Below are positions 38,514 through 49,838 of a DNA stretch of 64,000 nt, in pieces. The position numbers and the translations under genes are program-made. The DNA is from Selaginella moellendorffii (Eukaryota; Plantae; Lycopodiophyta), in NCBI RefSeq assembly GCF_000143415.4, contig NW_003314262.1, positions 2,840,603 to 2,904,602 of the forward strand, read 5' to 3'. The notes under the pieces were generated by a model. The model was not told where the DNA came from. It saw nothing but the letters and a program-made list of their open reading frames with translations, and ran no database searches. The number at the start of each line of letters is the position of its first letter. The stretch's first letter is position 1.

Positions 38514-40402
38514 TTAAAGAGCATTTTGGCTCTTTTTTTTCCCATTTACCTTGTCAGCAATGAGCCCAGTAAAAGTCCCCGGTAACTCCGACCCATAGAC
38601 ATGGCCCATTTTCTCGCGCTTGGTTTCCAAGTAGCGCTTGTTCTCGTCAGTGATAGTGGAGATCACCGAAACGCGGCCAGTGATCGCTAAACCATAGCCT
38701 TTCAATCCCATATACTTTGCTGGATTGTTGGTCATGAGCTTCATCGTTCTAACACCCACGTCCCTTAGAATCTACAAAACGAAAGTTCGATCAGTCGCAA
38801 GGTTTTCGAGTGTTTGATCCATTACCTGTGCTCCAATTCCATACTCCCGCGAATCGACTGGAAGGCCGAGCTCTACGTTTGCTTCCACAGTGTCACGGCC
38901 CTCGTCCTGTAAGTTATATGCCCGTAGCTTGTGTCCCAGGCCGATTCCTCGTCCTTCGTGACCACGCAAGTAAACCAGCACTCCCCTCCCGGCTTTCTCG
39001 ATTTGCATCATCGCGATCTCGAGCTGGTTGCCACAGTCGCATCGCTTGGAACCGAAAACGTCCCCGGTGAGGCACTCCGAGTGGACACGGACGAGGACAT
39101 CCCGGCCGTTGCCAATGTCACCCTGGAAGATTTTTTAAGTCGAGTGTATGGAAAAGAGTGTTTTTTACCTTCACAATGGCAATGTGTTCGATGCCATCGA
39201 GCTTGGATTTGTAGCTGTACGCTTTGAAAAGCCCCCACCTTGTTGGAAGCCTCGAAATGGCTGTTCGCTCGACCAGCTTCTCGCGTTTTCTCCGGTACCT
39301 ACGAGCACAGCCTGCGTCTCAGAACGAAACATACGAAAAACAACAATGAGCTTCCAGTACCTGACCATGTCGGCAATGGAGATGATGTGTAAGTTATGCT
39401 TTTCCGCAAACACTTGTAGCTGTGGCAAACGTTGCATGCTTCCATCCTTCTCGTTCACCAGCTCACAGATCACTCCGACGGGTGGCATTCCAGAAAGCAC
39501 AGCGAGATCAACCGCGGCTTCCGTGTGTCCTGCTCGCTTCAAAACTCCACCTTCTCTATAACGTAGAGGATAAACGTGCCCCGGTTTCTTAAAATCGCTC
39601 GCAGTGGCATTTGGCGACGCAAGCATTGAAATGGTTCTCGCACGGTCCTCGGATGACACACCCGTGGTTGTCCCTTGGCCATCCTGTAGCACAAAGAATT
39701 TAAAACTAAGAATTCGAGCCAAAAGTGAAGAACAAAAAAAACTACTAACCACAGGAATCGTAAACGCTGTAGATAGTGCTTCCTCGTTCTCTTTGTCCGA
39801 AACCATCAACTTTACGTCCAATCGGTCCAGAATTTCACCCTTCATGGGGACGCAAATGATCCCAGTGCAATGGCTTCGCAGGAACTCGACCTTCTCGGGA
39901 GTCACCATGGAAGCCGCCATTATCAAGTCACCCTCGTTCTCTCGATCCTCGTCGTCCACAACAATGACCATCTACATGAGGAGTTCTTTAAGACGCACAA
40001 GAAGAAAAAAACAAGAAAGGAGGAAGGAAGGAAAATTTTTTCTAGCAAGCACCCATACCTTACCTTGCCTTGCTTGAAAGCCTCCAGCGCCTCGGCGACG
40101 GAGCTAAATCCCTCGGACGGACGATCGGGATCCCCCTCGATCTCGCTGCTCTCGAATTCCTCCTCTACAGGATCGAAATCCATCCTCACGCCGCCTACCT
40201 CGGCAGATCCACTGCCGGACGACGAATTCACCGCGCCATTCCCCTTCTCGCATCGCACAGCGAATGCTCCTCGCCTGATGCGCACGGCGGCAGCGTAGCC
40301 GATCCTTCGCGGCGATCTCGCAACCATTCGCACTGACGCGCCGCCGCCATTGAGATTGAGCTGGATCGCGACGGGATTTCCATCCAAGCGCATCATCCTC
40401 AT
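38514..40402 (-). CDS. RIBA: Bifunctional DHBP synthase / GTP cyclohydrolase II, plastid-targeted
   Basis: [17 protein letters not shown]; [11 protein letters not shown]; [21 protein letters not shown]; [12 protein letters not shown]; LMTNNPAK. Confidence 0.95.
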
Positions 40403-40557
40403 CGCGCCCTTTCTTCCCAGAAATATTTCTGGATAGAACAAAGAGCCCTAAAGTAGAGCACGCAGAATTAGAGTTTAAACCTTACACGGGTTTTAGACGT
40501 GGGATCCCGGTCTGACGTGGCGGCTTATATTTGGGCCTAAGTTCCACGTCATGGTAT

Positions 40558-40577
40558 TTTCCAGAAGATTCTGGAGC
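40558..40577 (+). promoter_or_regulatory. Heat-shock element
   Basis: tTTCcaGAAgaTTCtgGAG about 140 bp upstream of the DnaJ ATG; TGACGTGGC, TGGGCC and CCACGTCA motifs at 40513-40551. Confidence 0.65.
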
Positions 40578-40713
40578 TAAAGCTATCAGGGTTTTGAGGC
40601 GATCGGTCGATCGACTGCGCTGTGAAATTTCCGGATTCGCGAGAGTAGTGTAGCGAGATTCGAGCTTCTAGGATCAAGAAAGGGGGAAAATCCTTGCTAG
40701 CGACTAGGAATCG

Positions 40714-42001
40714 ATGGGGATAGATTACTACAGCGTGCTCAAGGTGGACAAGAATGCCACCGAGGATGATCTCAAGAAGGCCTACCGCAAGCTCGCCATG
40801 AAGTGGCATCCCGATAAGAATCCCAACAACAAGAAGGAGGCCGAGGCCAAATTCAAGCAAATCTCGGAAGCGTATGAGGTATGATCCATCCCTCTTTTTT
40901 CTCTCCTCTCGATCGACTGTGGCTGATCGATCGATTTCTGTGATTCGCAGGTGCTGAGCGATCCCCAAAAGAGGACGATCTATGACCAGTATGGCGAGGA
41001 GGGTCTCAAGGGCCAAGTTCCTCCTCCCGGCGCCACGGGAGGGACGAATTTCGCGAATGGCGCCGGGCCCAACGTGTTCGTGTTCAATCCTAGGAACGCC
41101 GAGGACATCTTTGCCGAGTTCTTCGGTGGATCCAGCCCGTTTGGGATGGGAGGTTTTGGGAGGAGCGCTAGCCGGTCGCCCTTTGGCGATGGAATGTTTG
41201 GGGGCTTTGGTGGAACCGAGAACGTTTTCAGATCCTTCGGCCAGGATGGTGGATCTCTGTCGACCGGTCCGAGGAAAGCTCCGGCGGTGGAGAACAAGCT
41301 CCCGTGCAGTCTCGAGGAGCTCTACACTGGCTCCACCAGGAAGATGAAGATCTCTCGCAACATCGCCGATCCCAGCGGGTAAGTTTCTTTGGAAAGTTAG
41401 AACCTTGCTAGAACTTCGCTAGAACTTCCTTAGAACTTTGCTAAACCTTGCTAGAACCTTGCTAGAACTTCGCTAGAACTTTGCTAGAACTTCGTTAGAA
41501 CTTTGCCTAGAACGCTCTTATGGAGGATTCTAACGTGAGAGCTTCTTGTTTCTTTACAGGAAGACAATGCCTGTGGAGGAGTTTCTTACTATCGACGTGA
41601 AGCCGGGGTGGAAGAAAGGCACCAAGATCACTTTTCCAGAGAAGGGAAACGAGCAGCCAAACTTGATACCGGCGGACATCGTCTTCGTGATCGACGAGAA
41701 GCCACACGACGTTTTCAAGCGCGACGGCAACGACTTGGTGATGACACAGAAGGTGTCCCTGGCCGACGCTCTAACAGGAACGACGATCACAGTGAACACT
41801 CTCGACGGAAGAACGCTCACGATTCCCATCAACGACATCATCTCTCCCGGCTACGAGAAGATTGTTCCACGGGAAGGCATGCCGATCGCCAAGGAGCCAG
41901 GCAGGAAAGGAGACCTCAAGATCAAATTCGACGTCAAGTTTCCCACGCGACTCACTCCAGAGCAAAAGGCCGCCGTGAAGAGATACTTGACCACTGCGTG
42001 A
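40714..42001 (+). CDS. Class II (DNAJB-type) J-domain co-chaperone, 3 exons
   Basis: [16 protein letters not shown]; G/F-rich linker; [11 protein letters not shown]; [13 protein letters not shown]. Confidence 0.95.
41398..41513 (+). repeat. Intronic 11-bp minisatellite (TAGAACYTYGC) x ~10
   Basis: Read directly in DnaJ intron 2. Confidence 0.9.
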
Positions 42002-42153
42002 AGAAGAGTTCCTGGCGAGCTCCAGCGGCAGTGGCATCGTAATTTTGTAAGTGTAAAGACGTCCTAAGAAGTACGTAAGTCTGTTCTTCGTTAAAAAAAT
42101 TCCTTTGCTCGGTAAATTCAACTCTTTACTCGCAGATCTCTGTCTCTCCCTCT

Positions 42154-43878
42154 TTACTTGGAAGAGTTTGCAGTAGCGATCATCTGTAAGAACTCCGCCC
42201 GCTTCTTGCCATGGACGGCAAAATCGCCCATTGTCGCCAGCGTTCCTGTAGTGCTGCCGGTTTTCTTCACGCCTCGAGAGATCATACAGACGTGCCCAGC
42301 CTCGACGACAACCATGACGCCGCTAGCAGCAGTGGAGCTCATCACAGCGTCGGCGATTTGCCTCGTCAATCTCTCCTGGACTTGGAGCCGGCAGCTGTAC
42401 AGCTTGACAATCTTCTCGAGGATGCCCCGACTAGCTCTGGGATGAGAGCTCGGGTGGTTTTTCGCTGGAAGAACTCCGACGTGAGCCACTCCGGAGAATG
42501 GAAGAAGATGGTGCTCGCATTGGGAACAGAATGGAAGATCCAGCACAGCTACCATCGTCACGTGGTGATCGCCATCCTGTTCTACTGCTGCTACTCCATT
42601 CCCGAGTATGAAGTCCCTAGAGAGCCGGCTCCCGTGCGTTGATGCTAGCAGCCAGCGAACGTAGCGAGAAGGCGTGAGCTTGAGCTCCTCCCGCGTTGGA
42701 TCTTCGCCAAGAGCTCGCAGCAGCGTCACCACCGCCTCGACCATCGTCTCAAAGTTGGGGTGCGAAGATCTCTCAGCGGCGGCGTCACCGGCTAGTAGCG
42801 GACAGATCGCCGGCTTCTTCGTCACCGAGAGCTGCGAGCTTCCACTCAGCTGGAGCATGGCAACGAACTCTTGCCAGTCTTCCGAGCCACGATCGTCGTC
42901 CTCGAAGCTGCCTTTCCTGGCGCAGACCGATCGTCGAATCCAGGAAGCCGGCTCCTTGCTGCTTCGAAGCTCGCGGGGACACTCGAGATGCCAAGTCTCT
43001 CCAACCACGGCCACCCCGAGAGGCTTAAATCCGTCCCAGAGAGCTCCTGCGATCTCGTTGGCGAGACGATCCGGGCTTTGGAGCCGAGCTGCGAAGATCT
43101 CCGCGACGCGGGGGAGCTTGCTGAGGCCGACGACGCGCTGCTCGGAGGGAATGTAAGCGATGTGACAGCAGAGCTTGAATGGTAAGAGGCAGGACTCGCA
43201 GGTGGAGAAGAGCTCGATGTTTCGGACCACCACCATTCCTCCGCAGCCGCCACCTTTGCCGTTTCCAGGGCCCGCTTCTGCAAAGAGAGCTCCACCGATG
43301 GTTTGCTCCGCCGAGAGTCCATAGCCTATGGTCCAAGTAAGAGAAGAAGTTTAGAAGAAAGCTTGAAACGTAGAAGCCTGTCCAACAGAGCTTAGAACTC
43401 TCTCCAAGCTCTATAAAGAAAGAAGATTTCTAAGCTTGAAAACTTAGACCTCTATCCGACATGAAAAAAAAAGAGTTCTATACGAAAGTCTCGGCTCGCG
43501 AGATTTAAAAAAGAAAAGCTTTGTCATCTAGCAGAGAAGACCGACGCAAAGAACCAATCACTCAAGAGAAAGAAAGGAAGGGACTGTGATGCAAGCGCTA
43601 CGCGATCGAAATCTCGCCTTGGAAGAGAAATGCTAACCTTTAGTGGCAGAGAGGAAGGCATTGGCGACCCTGGACGGCGTCTTGATCAGTCCATTGCGCG
43701 AGAGATCCTCGCCCAGCCCCTGGAGCAGCGCGCGCACCGAGCTCACCAGCCGCGAATCGGCTACCAGATCGCCGTCGCCGTCGTCCACGAGACAATCCTC
43801 GTCGCTGGCTGCTGACCTATCGGAATCGCTGGCGCTGCTGGCGCTGCTCACAAACTCCGCGATCGGCAATGCCCCCAT
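42154..43878 (-). CDS. GCH1: GTP cyclohydrolase I, plant tandem two-domain type, 2 exons
   Basis: LGEDLSRNGLIKTPSRVA; FSTCESCLLPF; VVGLSKLPRV; SQCEHHLLPF; RLQVQERLTRQIA; HVCMISRGV. Confidence 0.93.
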
Positions 43879-44236
43879 AGCCCGAGCGATCGATCGCCCG
43901 ATCGAGGAAAGAAGAAGAATAGATCGATCGATCGCCCGCGCCGACAAGAATGCCTCCCCGCCGTAGAAGAGAGACAAAGGAATTCGAGTAGGACTCTTCC
44001 AGTCCACACAAAATCATACCTCGCACTTTAGGGTTTTTTCATCATGCCATGGGGCCAAGGCCGTACGGGCGCCACCAACCGTACATTAACGCAATCCAAA
44101 ATTAATTACTTTTATTATTAGATTTATTTTTGCGTTTTTATTAATAAAATTAACATGCGCATAAACCATATTCAACTCTCCCAAGAGCGTTTAAAGAGGA
44201 AGTTTCCTCCCATTTTTAATCTTGGAGATCGTTGCA

Positions 44237-45444
44237 ATGTTGAGGGTGATTTTCCTGTTGGGCTTATTGGTTCTTTTGTCTCAGCATAATCTATGCAAAG
44301 GTCATGCCGAAGATGATCTTCACCCCGCTCTTGTTAATGCGAATGAGAGAAAGATCGACGTTTATGTTGGGCCGAGCAGCGATTTCAAGACGATCCAGGC
44401 CGCCATCGATGCTGTTCCACTGGAGAACAAGCGGCGCTATATAATCCATGTCGCCAGCGGAGTTTATCGGTAATCACTATAGCATTACTATCATTAATGC
44501 TTGTGTTCTCTTGCAGCGAGAGAATCACGATTCCAGCAAGCAAGGATTTCATCACGCTCTTGGGCAACTTTGATGACAAGTTTGCGACGATTGTTGTGTC
44601 CGCTGGAAACGAGCCCACACTCTCAGTTCAGGCAAAGTACTTTGTTGCGCAGTTCATCACATTCAAGGTACTTCCGAGTTCTTGTCTCTTCAACTTTTAT
44701 TAATATGAAGTTTAGAACGATGCACCATTTGTTTATGCTGGAGCCGTAGAAGAACAACAAAGCAACACCGTAGCCGTGCAAGTATCGGGTGACTTTGCGG
44801 CGTTTTACGACTGTTTCATCACTTCGAGCCAGCATACGCTCTCTGAAGACCGCGGCAGACATTTCTACAAGAGGACCTTCATCCAAGGCAGTATAAACTT
44901 CATCACTGGACAAGGAAGGTCATTATTCCAGGTAAATATGAAACTGAAGAAGAATTGCTTCGTCCGTGACGCTTATATGATCAATTCTTTGCGTGCACAG
45001 GAGTGTAATATCGTCTCCAACTCGAGGAACAACACTGGAGGGATTACTCTTCAGTCTAAGCCAGAGCGATCGTGGGGTTACTCGTTCGTCAACAGCTACT
45101 TTGGAGGAACTGGGCAACTGTCTTTCGGCCACCCTTGGAAAGATTTTGCCCGCGTTGTGCTTATCAGTAGCTATTTCGACGAAGTTGTAATTCCAAACAA
45201 CTGGGACAGATGGCCATACAACAATGGCAATGGGTATGAATCTAGATATTGGCTCGTAGGCATGTAATCGTTTTTCTGTGTGATTTCCAGGAACGTTTTG
45301 TTTGCTGAGTACGATAGTCAGGGTCCAGGGGCTGTCCCCACGAAGCTTGCCAATTGGGTGAAACACTTGAGCGAAGAAGAGGCTCAGGACTACAGCAGTA
45401 TTGCGTTTGTGGATGGGGAAGAATGGCTGTTCTTGGAAGTCTAA
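44237..45444 (+). CDS. Pectin methylesterase-like protein (no PMEI pro-region), catalytic residues substituted
   Basis: Signal peptide; DFKTIQAAIDAVP; GVYRERITIP; SGDFAAFYDC; FAEYDSQGPGA; five short GT-AG introns with the frame kept. Confidence 0.85.
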
Positions 45445-47479
45445 ACTTATAATTTTCACTAACAATTTTCACTAACAAGCTAAACATGTCTAAATTCCAA
45501 CTTCATAATATAAACAAGATCTAACCGCAGCTTCCAACTTGCATGGCGTTTGAAGTTTCGCGTTTCCCAATGATATGTATGTTTCTGTTTTGAGATTATA
45601 CATGTCCATGTCCAAGTGCAACAAAAGTGTCCCACTTATCCACTTATGGGAATTGAATCCGCTCCTAAACGACACCACAAACACTGATCTTAAAGCTAAA
45701 GCTCCAGAAATCCATAATTCTACAAGGATGAATAGTCATGGCGATGTTGGTGACACTCCTCAAATCCGGATCGACACAGCACTATGACAAGTAATTTTTA
45801 AGAAAGGCATGGTTTGTAATTAGGAGCGGATTACATAAAAAATCAGGGTAAGTTTAGTTGCCTCTTCCAAAGTAGCGTTTCTTAGCATTTTGTCATACCT
45901 CATTTATATGGAAAGTAAAATTATAATTAAATGCCATATATTCAAAACTCTATAAGCCAATTACTACTGTAACACTAAAAGCACTTAATATTCTAATTGT
46001 TCTTCTTGTTCGAGTTAAAAAAATTATTAAGAGTAATTCTTATATTATCTCTATCTTCATAATTTTCTTGATTAAGGATATAATTATTATTATTAATATT
46101 AAATATTGTTAATGGAATATCTTTTTGTTTTATATTATTATTTTCATACCCCATTACAACTGCTTATTGATCCTAGATAGTATATTTCTAATTGTTTGTG
46201 AAAGCTGAATTATAATAATTAAAATCTCATTTTGTCTAAGTGTGTTTTTTTCTCTATAGTCTAAAGTATAATCATCAGGAGTAACAAAATATAAAAAATT
46301 AAGAAAAATTTCATAATAAATTTGAAGTTTACCTATACAATATATCTAAATTACAAAATGAGAAATTAATAAAAAAACAAGAAAGGATAAAATACTTTTA
46401 TGAGTCAAGTGGGTATTCCAAGATCAATATTTTAATTTTAATTTTATTATATTTTATCAAATGATCTCAGCTTCAAAAGTATTTTTAGATTATCTATCTA
46501 GGAGATTGTAGTAAGAGATCAGAACCTGGATATAAAGGAATCTAAAATGAGGGGGAAGCATGGCAGAAATGTGGTAAAACATGAAAAAAATGAAAAGTCT
46601 AAGATGGTGGGCATCATTATAACACAAGAATCTCAAACTTGGAGGATGGTGGGCCTTGGACAATCATGGCCCTTTGTTCTTTTAAGAATAATTTTCATCT
46701 TCTTTAGAAAGAAAAGATTGTTGTTTGTGAAAAAAAATTTGGCTTGCAATCAGCCATTGATTGAAACCGACTATAGAAACACAGTGATCTCGAGCATGAG
46801 AAGCTGTTGGAAGACGTCTCTAACAAGCTGGAATAGCCAATAGAAGAGGCTCGCCATCTTCTTTTGGAGAGGGAATCTTACATGACTTGCTGTGGGAACA
46901 CAGACGTCTCCAGTAAGGAAGAAGATTCTTTAGAGCTTGCTGTGAGTTTGCAATCAAATATAGGAATATAGTGATCCCATTGAGAGGTCTTGATGAAGTC
47001 TTCAACTTAGAGCAGCCTAGCAAAATCTATGTGCAAGAAAAAGCTCGCCACCTTCTTTGGCGAGCTGGCTGGTAGAATCTTTGTGTGGATGATTATAAAC
47101 ATGCGTAAGAGATGGTGGAGCATGGAGGGGAGTTAGAGGCCCAATATCACGGTTCTTGGAACTATTTGACCATTCCAACTTCATATCCTTATTATAATAT
47201 AGTAAGAAAGTTTCCAACAGCAGCTTCCAACCTGCATGGCGTCTGAAGATTCCACAGGCCGTTTACACACGTACTAGTTCTTGACTATATCAAGAGCAAC
47301 AAAGTGTACGCGGTAAGAAGTCAAAGCCGAGTGAAGACGATTATTTAGACTTCGTCCCTTCCAACATCTCGGTGCTATAAATTCCCCAAACCACACCCTG
47401 ATCTTTAAGAAGCTAAAGAAGTTGGAGAGATCTAGATCATAGTTTAGAATCTGATATCACAATTCTGAGATCAATCATC

Positions 47480-47779
47480 ATGGCGAGCAAGTCCCAGCTG
47501 ATACTCTTGGCGATGTTTGTGACATTCCTCCTAGGGGGAGTGGACGCCCAGCAGCGATGCAAATCCGGATGGAACTGGGATGGTGAGAAGTGTATCCAGT
47601 GCCCGAAAGACTGGTACTGGTATGGCAACGGTTGCCACCAATGCCTCTCCGGATGGAAGTGGAGTGGAAGCAAATGCGTGAGTTGCCCAAGCAGCTGGTA
47701 CTGGTATAGAAATGGCTGCCATCGCTGCCCTCCTGGTTTGAGCTGGAGTGGTGGTGGAAGCCGCTGCATTAGGATGTGA
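47480..47779 (+). CDS. Secreted Trp/Cys-rich repeat protein, diverged copy 4 (99 aa, 5 repeats)
   Basis: MASKSQLILLAMFVTFLLGGVDA|QQRCKSGWNWDG..; TATAAAT at 47376. Confidence 0.88.
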   Translation: MASKSQLILLAMFVTFLLGGVDAQQRCKSGWNWDGEKCIQCPKDWYWYGNGCHQCLSGWKWSGSKCVSCPSSWYWYRNGCHRCPPGLSWSGGGSRCIRM

Positions 47780-48309
47780 TCACACAACACTGCTGTAATA
47801 TGACTTCACCACGGCATTTGCAGGAATAAAGATTTTCTGTAATAAACCTGGAGTTTGAAGGAAAACTGTGGCATTTGCAGGAATAAAAGCTCTTGCAGCT
47901 TCGATTGTAGCATTCCCATTAGCCGTGTTGAGGAAGCAATCCACCTGCAATTAGAGTTTTTGAGGTGGCTTTTCTTGGTTTGATCGGTTTGGAGATGTTA
48001 TCTAGCCCCCCTTATTTTGACTCAAAGTTTGCAACCTTTGTAATTTCTCCGTAATTTCTTGTTGCATAGACTATGAAGGGACTGTCCAAGAGAGACTGGT
48101 GGGCGGCGAGGACATTTGAACGCAAGGACTATTGACTTCGTATTGGATGCTACGCCAAAAGATCTGATGGCTCTTGTCGTAGACATCCCCATGCATTGTC
48201 CATTATGCTTGGCTGCATGTACTCAACTTCATATGGTGGAGGATTACTCGTCTCAAGCTCGAAGGAGACGGCTGTAAAGCTCGGCTTACACATTTAGCAT
48301 GAACCTTGG

Positions 48310-49105
48310 AATCTTTCACATGGTGTAGAAATCGTCTCTTTTTTCAATTGTTTGCAGTTAAGAGCTTAAAATATGAGAAGATTCCAAAAGAATGTCCGAA
48401 TATTTCAAAAGAATCTGCGAGAAGAGATCTGGAAGGTGGGAAAAAGTTGGTTAGGGCAGTGGAAGAGATGGAGCACGAGTGGAGTGCAGAGCCAGAGCTT
48501 GAGGATGTGGTGCAAAGGAGCAGACATGGTTACTGGGTGGCTGTGAGTGAGGTGTCCTGAGCAGGTTTGGCTTGCGAGCAATCAGAGAATACGCACTGCA
48601 TTGTGGACAGGCATGGCTATGCCTGTTAGCTGATGTATTGGCAGAGTTTCTTATGAACCAAGAGCAATTTATTTCTCCATTGTAGTTTCAGAAGTGTTGA
48701 TTTAGGATTAACTTGTGTGTGCTTGTAATAGTTGTCATTTTGATGACAACTACTACACAAATCCCAAGTCAACACTTCTGGAACTACAATGGAGAAAGAA
48801 ATTGCTATTAGTTCATAAGCAACTCTGCCAATACATCAAGTAAGATGTGTAGCATAGTGTGTATTCTCTGATTGCAGACTTACTCCATGTGACACCTCAC
48901 TCACATCCGCTGTGTGACCATATCTGCTCTCTTCTGTGCTACACCCTCTGGCCTCAGCTCTACTTAGCCGTGTTCCACTGGATCTCTTCGCACAGATTCT
49001 TTTAGAATATTCAAATATTCTTTTAAAATCTTCTCAACTTCTCATAAAGCTCTTAACTGCAAAAAATTGAAAAAAGAGACAATTTCTGCCATCGACAGAT
49101 GGAAG
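48310..49105. repeat. Long imperfect inverted repeat (foldback), arms ~380-420 bp
   Basis: gtctcttttttcaatt..tgcagttaagagctt pairs with aagctcttaactgca..aattgaaaaaagagac; central tagttgtcat-ttt-gatgacaacta at about 48729-48752. Confidence 0.9.
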
Positions 49106-49838
49106 ATCTCAGCACGTTATGCTTCGCTCCTCCAAACATGCACTTGGCAAGATTGATCTTGTGATCCTGCAGGCAGATCGCTTTGACATATACCCTGCAG
49201 CGAGCATTCTACACAGAAGAACCTTCGCTGGTAAGCTGTCAAAAGAGCTCCTCGCCTCTCTAAAGTTTTGGGCGAACACAGTGATTATTGAATTAGTCAA
49301 TCACTCGGGGCATGGTTTCAAACACTCTCCTTGCTTCCAATGCATAGCCTGTTTGGCATACAATTCTCTCACAGGCATCTTGCCCTTCAGGCGATCATGT
49401 CAGTAAGATTATCAATGTAAATGTTTGTACTTAAGTGTAAATGTGGGACTTGACAGGAATTTAACAGGAATGCAAAAACAAGAGCATCATCATCAAAAAT
49501 AATATGAAACCTAAAAATAAAAGAAAAAACTTGTACTAGAGCACTGTTGTTCAAGACATTTAAAACAGTTTAGAAAAAAGAAAAAATAAAAGAGAAAGAC
49601 AAAGCTAGAGAAAGAAATCCAAAATCTCCTTCCTCTTCCTCTGCACAAGAGAGAAACCAAAGAATGGTTTTTCTTCTCTTTTCTTTTGTCCTTCTCTCCT
49701 CCTTGCTCCTGTCATTGATCGATGAGGGGATTCCTGAATTCGTAATCACGGAAACAATATATGAATCAATATCATGTAAAAAGATTTGAATTTAATATAC
49801 TTTTTCAAGAGTCAAAGGGTCAACGCAATACTTCCTCT

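Noticed and set aside
41398-41513. CRISPR array or canonical HSE array
   Set aside because: No unique spacers, eukaryotic intron, and the GAA/TTC spacing does not fit nGAAnnTTCn
43180-43215. CESC instead of CEHH in GCH1 domain 1
   Set aside because: A known feature of plant two-domain GCH1, where catalytic residues are split between the domains
49110-49406. LRR receptor-like fragment (LAYNSLTGILP)
   Set aside because: Too short and degraded to support a gene model
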